DNA of 63,052 nucleotides, the filler included, from an uncultured bacterium (GTDB lineage: Bacteria > CAYSBA01), in NCBI GenBank assembly GCA_964429075.1. It is 7 parts of 7 records of this genome, joined end to end, with 100 filler letters (N's around TTAATTAATTAA, not from the genome) between each part and the next. Parts side by side here need not be neighbours in the genome. Positions count along the whole stretch, not along the records: positions 9,391 to 18,612 come from CAYSBA010000033.1; positions 18,713 to 27,632 come from CAYSBA010000034.1; 5 more parts are not named here. One strand, 5' to 3'. The first letter of the stretch is position 1, and every line of letters starts with the position of its first letter. The position numbers and the translations under genes were made by a program. Below the pieces are notes generated by a model that did not search any database, was not told the origin of the DNA, and saw only the letters and a program-made list of their open reading frames with translations. Shown here one piece after another: positions 9,478 to 19,062 of the stretch.

Positions 9478-10989
9478 GTGGCCAGATTTAGTGATATATT
9501 CCTTATTGTTCCATTAGAAGATAGACTAATAGAGATAATTTCTCTTGAAAGTGCTTTGAAGGTACAGTTAGATTCACATGAAGCAGGGTCAATTTTATCA
9601 AAAGACTACATAAAAATCTGCTTGGATGCAAAATCCCTTTTAAAAAAATCAAAAAAAATCGAATCACTAACTATAAAAAATCTAATAGATGCCAATACCC
9701 TGGATTGGATTGTTAATAATGGTAAAGATCCATCTTTAAAAACTGATAAAGAGAGTAAATCAATCCTTACAGACTGCATTAAATTACTGGATAGAATCTT
9801 TGCTGATTATCTTCTAAAGGTGCTGAAGCTCGAAAAAGAGCTTTTGCCTGTAATCGTTGAAATTGAAGAACGCGGTGTAAAGATTGATGAGGCCTCTCTG
9901 AAAAGATCCCTAGAATTTTACAGAGAAATCCTTTTACAAAAGAAAAAAAGATTTGAGGAAATGGTTATTAAAAAATCTGGTAGAGATCTATTTGGACACT
10001 CCACAATAGATGTAATGTCAAATGAAGATCTAAAAAGGCTTGCACATAAGGATGGAATCATACTGCAATCATACAATTATGAATATCTGAAAAGACTGAA
10101 CAACCCTGCCCTTATTCTTGCTGGAGAGATTAGGGAACTTGAATCAAGGATTGACTATATTGAGAATGAGCTTGTCACAAGAATCAACAAGGATGGGCGT
10201 GTATATACAAAGATTGAACAAAACTGGTCTAACACTGGAAGACTCTATACAAAAGAACCCAATCTTCAGGGTCTTCCAAAGGGATGGCAGTTACGTCAAT
10301 CCATAATTGCAGAAGATGGTAAGTCGTTAATCTTTGCAGATTATTCGTGCTTTGAAATCGTTATAGCAGCTGCACTCTCAAATGATGCAGTAATGTTAAA
10401 TGCAGTCTCAGAAGGTGACATTCACTCAAAGGTTGCAGGTCATCTTTTTGGTAAGAAGGTAACAAAAAAAGAGCATCCCGAACTTAGAGAGATTGCAAAG
10501 AGGATAAATTTTGGTATTCTCTATGGTATGGGATACCAGGCACTTTCTAAGATCATATCAAGCTCAGAACATGAGGCAAAAGAGCTATTGAATCGTTACA
10601 AAACAACCTATAAAAGGCTTGTGGAATTCCTTCGAGAAAACGAAAACATAGCACTTACAAAAGGATACTGTAACAGCCCAATCGGCAGAAGATTATTTTT
10701 AAATAATGACCTATCTGAATCTAAAAAGAGAAGAATCGCAAGGAATATGCCAATTCAGAGCACCGGAGCTGACATACTCAAACTTGCACTGATCGATCTC
10801 TCTAAAAAACAGGATGATCGATCTGGAGTAATCCTTCCTGTGCATGATGAGATAGTAATGGAGGTAGCCGAAGACAAGGTCGAGGAATATTATAGTATCC
10901 TTAAAGAGTCTATGGAAAAATCTGCAGAGATTCTTTTGGGAATCTCTCCATCGATTGAGATTAAGGTTTCAAAAAGATGGGCGAAATAA
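9478..10989 (+). CDS. polA: Family A DNA polymerase, short form without 5'-3' nuclease domain
   Basis: TGRLYTKEPNLQ, motif A ADYSCFEIV, motif B REIAKRINFGILYG, NMPIQSTGADI, motif C VHDEIV; only 503 aa. Confidence 0.9.
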   Translation: MARFSDIFLIVPLEDRLIEIISLESALKVQLDSHEAGSILSKDYIKICLDAKSLLKKSKKIESLTIKNLIDANTLDWIVNNGKDPSLKTDKESKSILTDCIKLLDRIFADYLLKVLKLEKELLPVIVEIEERGVKIDEASLKRSLEFYREILLQKKKRFEEMVIKKSGRDLFGHSTIDVMSNEDLKRLAHKDGIILQSYNYEYLKRLNNPALILAGEIRELESRIDYIENELVTRINKDGRVYTKIEQNWSNTGRLYTKEPNLQGLPKGWQLRQSIIAEDGKSLIFADYSCFEIVIAAALSNDAVMLNAVSEGDIHSKVAGHLFGKKVTKKEHPELREIAKRINFGILYGMGYQALSKIISSSEHEAKELLNRYKTTYKRLVEFLRENENIALTKGYCNSPIGRRLFLNNDLSESKKRRIARNMPIQSTGADILKLALIDLSKKQDDRSGVILPVHDEIVMEVAEDKVEEYYSILKESMEKSAEILLGISPSIEIKVSKRWAK

Positions 10990-11007
10990 CTTTTAAAAGG
11001 AGTAAAG

Positions 11008-12006
11008 ATGTCTAAGGTACTTTACTGGAAAAGTCAGATAGCCGATGCAGACTCATTGATCAGATTTTACGAAGATCATGTACAAATATCAAAAGGAGAT
11101 CTTGTTTATATAAAATTACATATGGGAGAACGAAAAAATAGAAACCACCTTATGCCAGACTATGTAAAACTTTTTACCGATCCCCTTTTAGAGATTGGTG
11201 CTGAGATAGTTTTATTTGATACACCTGTTGCCTATCCAGGCATGAGACACACAAAAGATGGCTACCTGGAGTTGATCAAAAAAAAGGGATTTAACAATAC
11301 GATCCCCTACGCAAAATTCCATATAGTCGACAGTTACATTTCAAAAGAGGGAAGATATATTACAAATCAAATTGCCAAAGATCCAACAGAGGCAGATGCT
11401 GTAATTGTTTTAACACATCTAAAGGGCCACTTCTGCACCGGATTTGGAGGTTCTATAAAAAATGTAGGGATGGGCATGGTATCTAAGGAGACTAAATCCT
11501 TAATACATGAAGGCGGTAAACCCAGAATAACAGGAGAATGTACAGGTTGCGGAGCCTGTGTCATGGCCTGCCCTGTTAACAATATAGAACTGAATGACAC
11601 AGACCTTAAATTCAAAAATAGATGTACAGGATGTAGCAACTGTATATATGCCTGTGAGTATTCTGTTTTAAGTCCAAAAATTGCCCTCTTTGATGAACTT
11701 CTGGTAGATGCTGCAAACTGTGCGTTAAGTGAATGTAAGAAGAAGGGATACATAAATGTATTAAAGAATATATCAAAGCTATGTGATTGTATGTCCAACC
11801 CCGGGCCAAAACTTTCAAAAGACCTCGGGATACTCGCATCTACCGATATTGTTGCAGCTGAACAGGCAACCCTTGATCTTATTATCCAGAAAAACAAAAA
11901 AGATATATTTCAACAGGAAAACAGGGTACCACCACAGAGACATATTGACACAGCCTTTAATTTTAGTCTCGGGTACAAAGAATACACCCTAATTCAAATG
12001 CAATGA
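11008..12006 (+). CDS. DUF362-family Fe-S protein with 2x[4Fe-4S] ferredoxin insert
   Basis: IKLHMGE, THLKGH, GGSIKNVGMG, CTGCGACVMACP, CTGCSNCIYAC, CDC, ASTDIVA motifs; SD AAGGAG. Confidence 0.88.
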   Translation: MSKVLYWKSQIADADSLIRFYEDHVQISKGDLVYIKLHMGERKNRNHLMPDYVKLFTDPLLEIGAEIVLFDTPVAYPGMRHTKDGYLELIKKKGFNNTIPYAKFHIVDSYISKEGRYITNQIAKDPTEADAVIVLTHLKGHFCTGFGGSIKNVGMGMVSKETKSLIHEGGKPRITGECTGCGACVMACPVNNIELNDTDLKFKNRCTGCSNCIYACEYSVLSPKIALFDELLVDAANCALSECKKKGYINVLKNISKLCDCMSNPGPKLSKDLGILASTDIVAAEQATLDLIIQKNKKDIFQQENRVPPQRHIDTAFNFSLGYKEYTLIQMQ

Positions 12007-12794
12007 CTCTTTTTGCAGCTTTTTTTTTGATAAAACTTACCTTAGTATTGGGACCTGTACCGACCTTTATTGATGAAAACGGAATAAGTGGAATAATACA
12101 AACAGAAAACGGCTGTTATAGATTCTTTTATAGTTTCAAAGAGGGCCTATTAAGATCAAGGTCAAGGATAGAGGATCGATACTGTCTGATAACTGAGCTT
12201 GAGGTGCCCACAATAACTGACAGCATCAACTATTCACTGTGTAACCAAAAAAGAGATTGCCGTTACCTTTCCCTAAATTATAGCGGTCTAACATTAAGAT
12301 TAACCCTGAATAAGGAGGGAACACCAGAGCTACACTTCATCTTCAACAATAAAAGCATTGAGCTTCCTGCTGAGTTAAAGAGATATGGTAGCAGCTCACT
12401 GGATGGTATTCTGTTTGCTGTATTTGATAAAAAAAGCAGCAGTATTCATCTTCTTGGATACAGAAGATTGAAAGGACTTATAAAGACATCGTTATTGTAT
12501 CTTAATCTTAAAGCAAGGTTAAAATACTTATCGTTCTATGCGTACAGGCTATACAACAAAAAAGATTATAAATCATCTGCCGGGCTGTGGAAGATCGCCT
12601 GGGATCTGGGCAAAGACCCTGACTATCTATACAACTATGCATGCAGCATTACCCTCTTAGGAAGGATTCATGAGGCATCCAAGATCATCCAGAAATTGAT
12701 AAAGGATGACCCTGATCGCTATCTTGAACTGTACAAAAAAGACCCTGATCTTTCAATTCTGAGAGAAAAGCATCTTGTTATTGAACCAAATTGA
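12003..12794 (+). CDS. Hypothetical exported protein with C-terminal TPR-like end
   Basis: ATGA overlap with the upstream gene, hydrophobic N-terminus, YNYACSITLLG...KDPDLSILR TPR-end pattern. Confidence 0.65.
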   Translation: MTLFAAFFLIKLTLVLGPVPTFIDENGISGIIQTENGCYRFFYSFKEGLLRSRSRIEDRYCLITELEVPTITDSINYSLCNQKRDCRYLSLNYSGLTLRLTLNKEGTPELHFIFNNKSIELPAELKRYGSSSLDGILFAVFDKKSSSIHLLGYRRLKGLIKTSLLYLNLKARLKYLSFYAYRLYNKKDYKSSAGLWKIAWDLGKDPDYLYNYACSITLLGRIHEASKIIQKLIKDDPDRYLELYKKDPDLSILREKHLVIEPN

Positions 12795-14349
12795 TATCCT
12801 TTTCGTTAAATACTATTGCCCCAAACCTGTATATTTTTGTCTCTTTTGACTTGTAACAATCGTCTTCCATAAAGGCCTTCCTGCATGTATGACGCAAAAA
12901 TGTCTCTCTGTCCCAGCCAAACTCTATTGAAACCTGTGGCAATAACACACCTCTTCGTAATCCCCTTTCCATTATCAGCCCGTCCCTGCCTACAACTATA
13001 TTCTTAATATCATGAACTACCTCAAGTGGGCTCAATACAGATATCTCATATTCAAGCTGTGGCAGTTCAAATTCCTTTACTGGAGAAAAGCGAGGATCCT
13101 GTGTTGCAGCTGCAATTGCCATATCTCTTACAGTCAAATAAAGCGGCTCTCTTGCAACGATATGACCTATGCAACCTCTTAATCTACCACCCTTTTTTAG
13201 AGTAACAAAGGCAGCCCCTTTCTTCTTAAGATAGGGGTCATCAACCTCCGGTTCATATTTTTTGCCCTCTTTTACAATCACCTCAACAGACCTTTTTGCT
13301 ATCTCCATAAGGATCCTTTTTTGTTCAAGGGTGAGTTTGAATTCTGGGTTATATTCAATTAACCCACTTTTTTTGCTTTCTGAATTCTTCAAAACAAAGG
13401 CAACAGCACCATAACCCACAACCCTGTCTTTCTGGCCGGTTGTATCACCTGAATTGCGATAATCAAGGACCTTTACCTTACCTCCACCCACCATATTAAA
13501 CATCTTCATAAGGACATAGACTGCTGACAGACCACATAACTCATACTTTGATCGACTTGATTCTCTTATAAGGGTCTCATAATCCATTTTTTTGATAAGG
13601 CTTAGAGTCTCTTTATCCATAGATATAGCCTTCTCATAGGTATAGTAATGCGACATGTCTGAACTTGCAATAAAAAGTGTGTCATCGTTCCACAATTTTG
13701 AAAATAGTTTCATTGCAGCCCTGTCAAGTATTGCCCTATTTCTGGTAGGTAGAATCACTGCAACAAGCTCAAAATCTTTTCCTAAGACCTCTTGTAAAAA
13801 TGGAAGCTGAACCTCAAGGGCATGCTCTCTTGAAAAGGTGGCCTCACTGTAAACAAAATCTGGATCTTTCAATAGATTCCTTGTGGCATACCTATCTATC
13901 TTTATCCTTCCAGTTGGAATCTGATAATAGTCTTTATCGAGCACACTGATGACATTCAATGCTACATAATGAGAGGGTGCCATTACAACTACCCTTTTGT
14001 ATTTTTTGCCCTTAAGTATGCTGTATCCTACACCTGCAACCGGACCAGAGTAGCGATATCCAGCATGGGGAACCATGATACCGAATATCTTTCCCTCTAT
14101 TTTTCTATTAAGTCTATGAGATCCCTCCTCTATAAATTTTGTTACCATCTCCCTGAGACGGGAGGCCTCTTTTGGATAAAAAGATCCAGCAACAGATGGA
14201 TATTTTGTCCTCTCTTCTACATCTTTATGTGAATCTGTTTTTTCATTACTTTTTATTGTTTGGTAACCCTTTGTGACTTTCTTATTTTTGCATGATACTG
14301 TCAATAAGACTGCAATCAATAAGATCGTAAAAAGGTTCCATCTCTTCAT
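12778..14349 (-). CDS. amrB: AmmeMemoRadiSam system protein B (MEMO1) fused to protein A (AMMECR1), with lipoprotein signal peptide
   Basis: VAGSFYP, PHAGY, PSHY, EHALEVQLPFLQ, SSDMSHY (MEMO); AFVTL...LRGCIG, DPRF, LLPQV (AMMECR1); N-terminal LTVSC lipobox. Confidence 0.92.
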   Translation of the reverse strand: MKRWNLFTILLIAVLLTVSCKNKKVTKGYQTIKSNEKTDSHKDVEERTKYPSVAGSFYPKEASRLREMVTKFIEEGSHRLNRKIEGKIFGIMVPHAGYRYSGPVAGVGYSILKGKKYKRVVVMAPSHYVALNVISVLDKDYYQIPTGRIKIDRYATRNLLKDPDFVYSEATFSREHALEVQLPFLQEVLGKDFELVAVILPTRNRAILDRAAMKLFSKLWNDDTLFIASSDMSHYYTYEKAISMDKETLSLIKKMDYETLIRESSRSKYELCGLSAVYVLMKMFNMVGGGKVKVLDYRNSGDTTGQKDRVVGYGAVAFVLKNSESKKSGLIEYNPEFKLTLEQKRILMEIAKRSVEVIVKEGKKYEPEVDDPYLKKKGAAFVTLKKGGRLRGCIGHIVAREPLYLTVRDMAIAAATQDPRFSPVKEFELPQLEYEISVLSPLEVVHDIKNIVVGRDGLIMERGLRRGVLLPQVSIEFGWDRETFLRHTCRKAFMEDDCYKSKETKIYRFGAIVFNEKDINLVQ

Positions 14350-14436
14350 CGCCCAACCTCATATTGAGTTCTTAACCACCCTATACTACTTATTCTCAAA
14401 TTTTAAAACCCCAAAAAAATATATCTGGTCATTTTT

Positions 14437-14464
14437 TTGACAGAGTAGGATAGTGTGGTAGATT
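14437..14464 (+). promoter_or_regulatory. Sigma70-type promoter with extended -10, probably giving a leaderless mRNA
   Basis: TTGACA-16 nt-TAGATT with TGn directly upstream of the -10; the ATG at 14472 lies 7 nt after the -10 box with no SD. Confidence 0.55.
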
Positions 14465-14471
14465 GTATTAC

Positions 14472-15020
14472 ATGAAACATATTAATATACATTTAGGTTT
14501 TATAAGCATCTTGTTTCTCTTTTTTAATTGTGCTGGCTTTCAAGCAGTTCATTACATACCACCAAAGTCTCCCATTCTGGCATCTTACTGGAAGATATCT
14601 GATATAAAGATAGAAAAAAATCGCAAAAAAATAGACTTAGAAGATCTCGACTGGTCATCAGGTTTTTCCCTTGCTGATAGTTATGTATATCAAACCTGCT
14701 TTCATCATATAACCTCTCTTGACCAACTGAAAAATTTTTACAAGAAGATTGGTGCAGGGAAAATAAAAGAGGGAGACATACTACTCTTCGGCACACCCGA
14801 CAACAAAACTCCGATACATACAGGGATTGTATACAGAAGGATCGGAAGTACTATATACTTTTATAACCCAATTGATGGAAGAAGGGTTATATACAAAATG
14901 GATCTTAAACATCCCAGAAAAAGGACTGTATCAGGTAGACTTGCAAATAATCTGATCTTCAACAGACCTGCAGGCTCACTCTTTATGGCCGCGCTACGGC
15001 CTTCTGGCTGTGGAATCTAA
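14472..15020 (+). CDS. NlpC/P60-like lipoprotein, apparently lacking the catalytic Cys
   Basis: Lipobox-like FFNC; GDILLF...HTGIV matches the NlpC/P60 core; LDWSSG stands where DCSG is expected. Confidence 0.55.
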   Translation: MKHINIHLGFISILFLFFNCAGFQAVHYIPPKSPILASYWKISDIKIEKNRKKIDLEDLDWSSGFSLADSYVYQTCFHHITSLDQLKNFYKKIGAGKIKEGDILLFGTPDNKTPIHTGIVYRRIGSTIYFYNPIDGRRVIYKMDLKHPRKRTVSGRLANNLIFNRPAGSLFMAALRPSGCGI

Positions 15021-16314
15021 ATTCAATCCTGATAGGTGTACCTGTAAAATTAAACCCTTCTCTTAATGCTTTCTCTAAACGCCTTTTGTGAGAAAAGTGT
15101 ATACCACTTTTTGAATTACTAAAAAACACAAAAACCGGTGGCTCAACCCCGGTCTGAACAGCATAGTATATCTTCAAGAATCTGTTGTTAATCCTTATTG
15201 AATGTAACCAGATAAGCTCTTTTTTCAAGAATCTATTTAGTTGAGATGTTGGTACTCTTTTCTTTCTTTCACTGTATATTTCTATGGCTGCTTTAATAAT
15301 ATTATTAATCCCTCTGCCATTTAAAGCAGATAGACTATAGATTGGCACATAGCGGGCAAATTTAAGACGCTCCTTTGCCTTAAAGATCACCTCCTTTGTG
15401 TTATCAATCAAATCCTGTTTATTCAAACCCACAACAAGTCCCTTACCTTTTCCGAGCACGTAGCCCGCAAGTGAAAGGTCCTGATGTCTAATATTTTCGG
15501 TGGCATCAACAAGCAAGATACAGACATCTGATCTATCGATAGCTCCTCTGCTACGCTGAACAGACAACCTTTCTACTACAGAACCTCTTCTGGCTTTCCT
15601 CCTTATCCCTGCGGTATCAATAAGTATAATCCTCCCCCATTCTGTATCTATTGTAGTATCGATACTATCCCTTGTGGTTAATGGAACAGGACTTACAAGT
15701 GATCGTTCAAATCCAGCAATGGTGTTCAAAAAGGTGGACTTTCCCGAATTTGGCCTTCCAACAATTGCAACTTTTGGTAAATCACCAATCTCTTCATATG
15801 AATCAACTGGCTTTTCTTTCATGAGCAGTGCCTTCAGTCTTTCTTCAAGTATGTCAAGGTTCCTTCTGTGTTTTGCTGAGATGGGAATAATCTCAAAATC
15901 AAGCAGATGTTGAAAGTCCCATATATAGTTATCAAACTTTCTGTGATCACACTTGTTAGCAACGATAATAAATGGTTTTTGTGATTTTTTGACAAGTCTA
16001 AAGATCTCTATATCTTCTGGATGCTCACCCTCTTTTGCATCAACTACCATCAGAATAACATCTGCAGATTTCATCACAGAAAGGACCATGGATTTTACAA
16101 GCGAAAGGATATTATCTTCGCTTGTATCTGAGACAAGACCACCTGTATCAACAATTTCAACACAGGTTCCATCCCATAGTTCCCATATATCTACCATATA
16201 GTCCCTTGTCAGATTTGGACTATCATGAATAATCGATTTTCTTTTTTCTATAAGCTGATTAAACAACTCAGATTTGCCCACATTTGGTCTACCGACTATC
16301 ACCACCCTATCCAT
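14983..16314 (-). CDS. der: Ribosome biogenesis GTPase Der (EngA)
   Basis: Tandem G domains GRPNVGKS/DTGG/NKCD and GRPNSGKS/DTAG/NKQD; C-terminal KH-like domain ending FTGTPI. Confidence 0.96.
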   Translation of the reverse strand: MDRVVIVGRPNVGKSELFNQLIEKRKSIIHDSPNLTRDYMVDIWELWDGTCVEIVDTGGLVSDTSEDNILSLVKSMVLSVMKSADVILMVVDAKEGEHPEDIEIFRLVKKSQKPFIIVANKCDHRKFDNYIWDFQHLLDFEIIPISAKHRRNLDILEERLKALLMKEKPVDSYEEIGDLPKVAIVGRPNSGKSTFLNTIAGFERSLVSPVPLTTRDSIDTTIDTEWGRIILIDTAGIRRKARRGSVVERLSVQRSRGAIDRSDVCILLVDATENIRHQDLSLAGYVLGKGKGLVVGLNKQDLIDNTKEVIFKAKERLKFARYVPIYSLSALNGRGINNIIKAAIEIYSERKKRVPTSQLNRFLKKELIWLHSIRINNRFLKIYYAVQTGVEPPVFVFFSNSKSGIHFSHKRRLEKALREGFNFTGTPIRIEFRFHSQKAVARP

Positions 16315-16332
16315 AAAAACACCATAGAAAAG

Positions 16333-18612
16333 TTATTCTACAATACAGAGAAGGTCCATAGGTTCTACCTGGTCTCCCTCTTTTACGAAAATTTCGGTAA
16401 CTGTTCCGCCTGATTTTGCATAGAAATTGGTCTCCATCTTCATTGCTTCTACTGTTATAACAGGATCATTTGCATTTACCACTGTACCGACGGAAACAAG
16501 CACAGCAATCACCTTACCAGAGATACTGCTCACAACATGAGATGGATTTTCTGGGTCTCCTTTTACCCTCTTTGTTTCAGGTATTACAGCAGAATTATCA
16601 TCTACAATTATATCCCTTGGATGGCCATTTAATTCGAAAAAGATCCTTTTTTTACCCCTCTCATCTGTTCTTCCTATAGAAATCAACTTTATAATCAATG
16701 TCTTGCCAGGCTCTATGTCGGTCCATATCTCATCGAGTATCTTCATACCATAGAAAAAGGTGTAGCTATCGAGGACAGAGACATCAGAAAATCTATCAAG
16801 ATGTTTTAAAAAGTCTCTGTATGGCTCCGGGAACATATATGATGTTACATCCTCTATCTTTTGATCTATATTTTTTTCTCTTTTTCCTTTATTCTTCTTT
16901 TTAGAAACAAGGCCGAGTTCATAAGCCCACTCCGGGAAGCCAAAGGGTGGATTTCCAAGTCTTTTTTCAAAATAATCAACAAGAGAGACTGGCAGATCGA
17001 GTGTTCTTATCTTCTCCATGAAATTTTCTCTGTTTACATCATTTTGAACCATAAACATTGCAAAATCGGCAACCATCTTGGATGATGGTGTTACCTTAGG
17101 TAATCTACCCAGCATGCTATCTGCAAGACGATAGGCCTCAAGTACCTCTCGCCACCTTTTTGCAAGTCCGAGACTCTCAGCCCTCCTGTATAAATTCGAA
17201 AACTGTCCTCCTGGTACTTCATATCTATACACATCCATCGTATCGAGAGGGATATCAACAGAGAAGGGTTGATAAAGTCTTTTGAGTGTCCTCAGATAAT
17301 CTGATAAATCGATAAGCTCTGTTAGATCCACTACAGGTTTTCTTTTGTGGTTTGCCATTGCTATCAGCACCTTCTCAAGCGATGGCTGGGATGTGCCACC
17401 AGAAAATGGACCGACTGCACAATCAACTATATCCACTCCAGCATCTGCTGCAGCTAAAACCGTCAATATGCTCAGTCCGGTTGAGTCGTGGGTATGTAGA
17501 TGAACAGGGATCCTAACATTTTGTTTAATCTCAGAAATCAAAAGTGTTGCAGCCTCTGGTTTTAAAAGGCCTGCCATATCCTTTATGGCAAGTATGTGCG
17601 CCCCTGTATCCTCAATCTTTTTGGCAAGGTCAATATAATAGTCAATTGTGTATTTATCTTCGTATCTGGAAGTAACGTCACCGGTATAGCAAATTGCAAC
17701 CTCAGCAACTCTGCCAGCCTTTATCACCCTATCAATAGAATGGCGCATATTTTCAACATCATTAAGGCTATCAAATATTCTAAAGACATCTATTCCTGTT
17801 TCTGATGCCCTATCTATAAATGCATCCACCACTTTTATTGGATAAGATGAGTAGCCAACACAGTTTTTACCCCTCAGTAGCATCTGAAGAAGAGTACCTG
17901 GCATGACATTTCTTATCTTCCTGAGCCTCTCCCATGGGTCCTCCTTTAAAAACCTCAGAGCAACATCAAAGGTAGCTCCGCCCCAAACCTCACAGGAAAA
18001 GAGATCTGGTTGTGAATATTCAATAAATTCTGCAATCGGGAGGATATCAAAGGTCCTGAGTCTTGTTGAGAATAGAGATTGATGTGCATCCCTCATGGTT
18101 GTGTCAGTAATCTTAAGATCACTTGATGCAAGTAACCACTCTGAAAGATAATAAGGCCCTTTTGTATCAAGAATCTCTTTTGGTCTTGGTATGTTACAAT
18201 GGTATTTTTTACTCTTTTCTTTAAGATATCTGATTTTCTCCAGGATCCTGTTTCTCGAAGCTATGTACTCATTGTAGCTTATAGATGGTGGTCTTCTTTC
18301 ACTGTTAACTATTGTATCTCCAATAAATCTGAGTAGTTTTGTTGCCCTGTCCTTTTTTTCGGGGAAAACAAATACCTCTGGATGTTCTTCAAGAAAATTT
18401 ACAGTTGCCTTTCCCTTAATAAAAGTAGGGTGACTCACCACCTTTTCGAGAAACTGCACATTGGTCTTTATACCCCTTATTCTCATTTCTCTAAGTGCCC
18501 TTACCATCTTTTTTGTAGCAAGTTCAAAGGTAAGTGCCCAGCTTACAACCTTCACAAGTAGAGAATCATATTCGGAGGTCACTATTGTCCCCTGCATTAC
18601 ATTCCCTGTATC
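16333..18612 (-). CDS. pyc: Pyruvate carboxylase, 5'-truncated at contig start
   Basis: YDSLLVKV, DTTMRDAHQS, WGGATFDV, IKDMAGL, HLHTH, KVTPSSK and biotinyl motif EAMKME. Confidence 0.95.
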   Translation of the reverse strand, partial: DTGNVMQGTIVTSEYDSLLVKVVSWALTFELATKKMVRALREMRIRGIKTNVQFLEKVVSHPTFIKGKATVNFLEEHPEVFVFPEKKDRATKLLRFIGDTIVNSERRPPSISYNEYIASRNRILEKIRYLKEKSKKYHCNIPRPKEILDTKGPYYLSEWLLASSDLKITDTTMRDAHQSLFSTRLRTFDILPIAEFIEYSQPDLFSCEVWGGATFDVALRFLKEDPWERLRKIRNVMPGTLLQMLLRGKNCVGYSSYPIKVVDAFIDRASETGIDVFRIFDSLNDVENMRHSIDRVIKAGRVAEVAICYTGDVTSRYEDKYTIDYYIDLAKKIEDTGAHILAIKDMAGLLKPEAATLLISEIKQNVRIPVHLHTHDSTGLSILTVLAAADAGVDIVDCAVGPFSGGTSQPSLEKVLIAMANHKRKPVVDLTELIDLSDYLRTLKRLYQPFSVDIPLDTMDVYRYEVPGGQFSNLYRRAESLGLAKRWREVLEAYRLADSMLGRLPKVTPSSKMVADFAMFMVQNDVNRENFMEKIRTLDLPVSLVDYFEKRLGNPPFGFPEWAYELGLVSKKKNKGKREKNIDQKIEDVTSYMFPEPYRDFLKHLDRFSDVSVLDSYTFFYGMKILDEIWTDIEPGKTLIIKLISIGRTDERGKKRIFFELNGHPRDIIVDDNSAVIPETKRVKGDPENPSHVVSSISGKVIAVLVSVGTVVNANDPVITVEAMKMETNFYAKSGGTVTEIFVKEGDQVEPMDLLCIVE

Positions 18613-18712
18613 NNNNNNNNNNNNNNNNNNNNNNNNNNNNNNNNNNNNNNNNNNNNTTAATTAATTAANNNNNNNNNNNNNNNNNNNNNNNNNNNNNNNN
18701 NNNNNNNNNNNN
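18613..18712. other. Artificial contig linker
   Basis: 44 N + TTAATTAATTAA + 44 N. Confidence 0.97.
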
Positions 18713-18714
18713 GG

Positions 18715-19062
18715 TTATCTGTGCTTCAGGCAGATATTCTGCTCTACATTATTATTTTTGGCAAATATGACCCTCTTTCTGTATTTTGTGGATGGTCTGT
18801 TTCTTATCTTTCCGTTTATTTTAATATTGTCATCTTTGAGTCCATATTCTTAAAAAAACACAAGATATCAAAGAGATCAAAGATATTCTATGCATTTAAG
18901 CCACTTCTTTTGCTTTCTGTAGTTACAATCCTTATACTGGGTTTCAAAATAGATCCATATGGTCTGCTCATAGGTATCTCAAGCCTTTTCATAGCAACAA
19001 TCATCGCAGCAGGCCTCTATAAAGATCAACTTTTAGAGGGAGCTGATAATGCCAGAACATAA
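18715..19062 (+). CDS. atpI: ATP synthase subunit I-like membrane protein, probably 5'-truncated
   Basis: Hydrophobic multi-TM ORF open from the contig start and overlapping atpB; assigned mainly by position. Confidence 0.65.
   Translation, partial: LSVLQADILLYIIIFGKYDPLSVFCGWSVSYLSVYFNIVIFESIFLKKHKISKRSKIFYAFKPLLLLSVVTILILGFKIDPYGLLIGISSLFIATIIAAGLYKDQLLEGADNART

Noticed and set aside
9478..10989. Prophage or plasmid origin of the short PolA
   Set aside because: No primase, helicase, integrase or structural genes nearby; the downstream neighbours are cellular genes. The contig starts only 87 nt upstream, so that side cannot be assessed.
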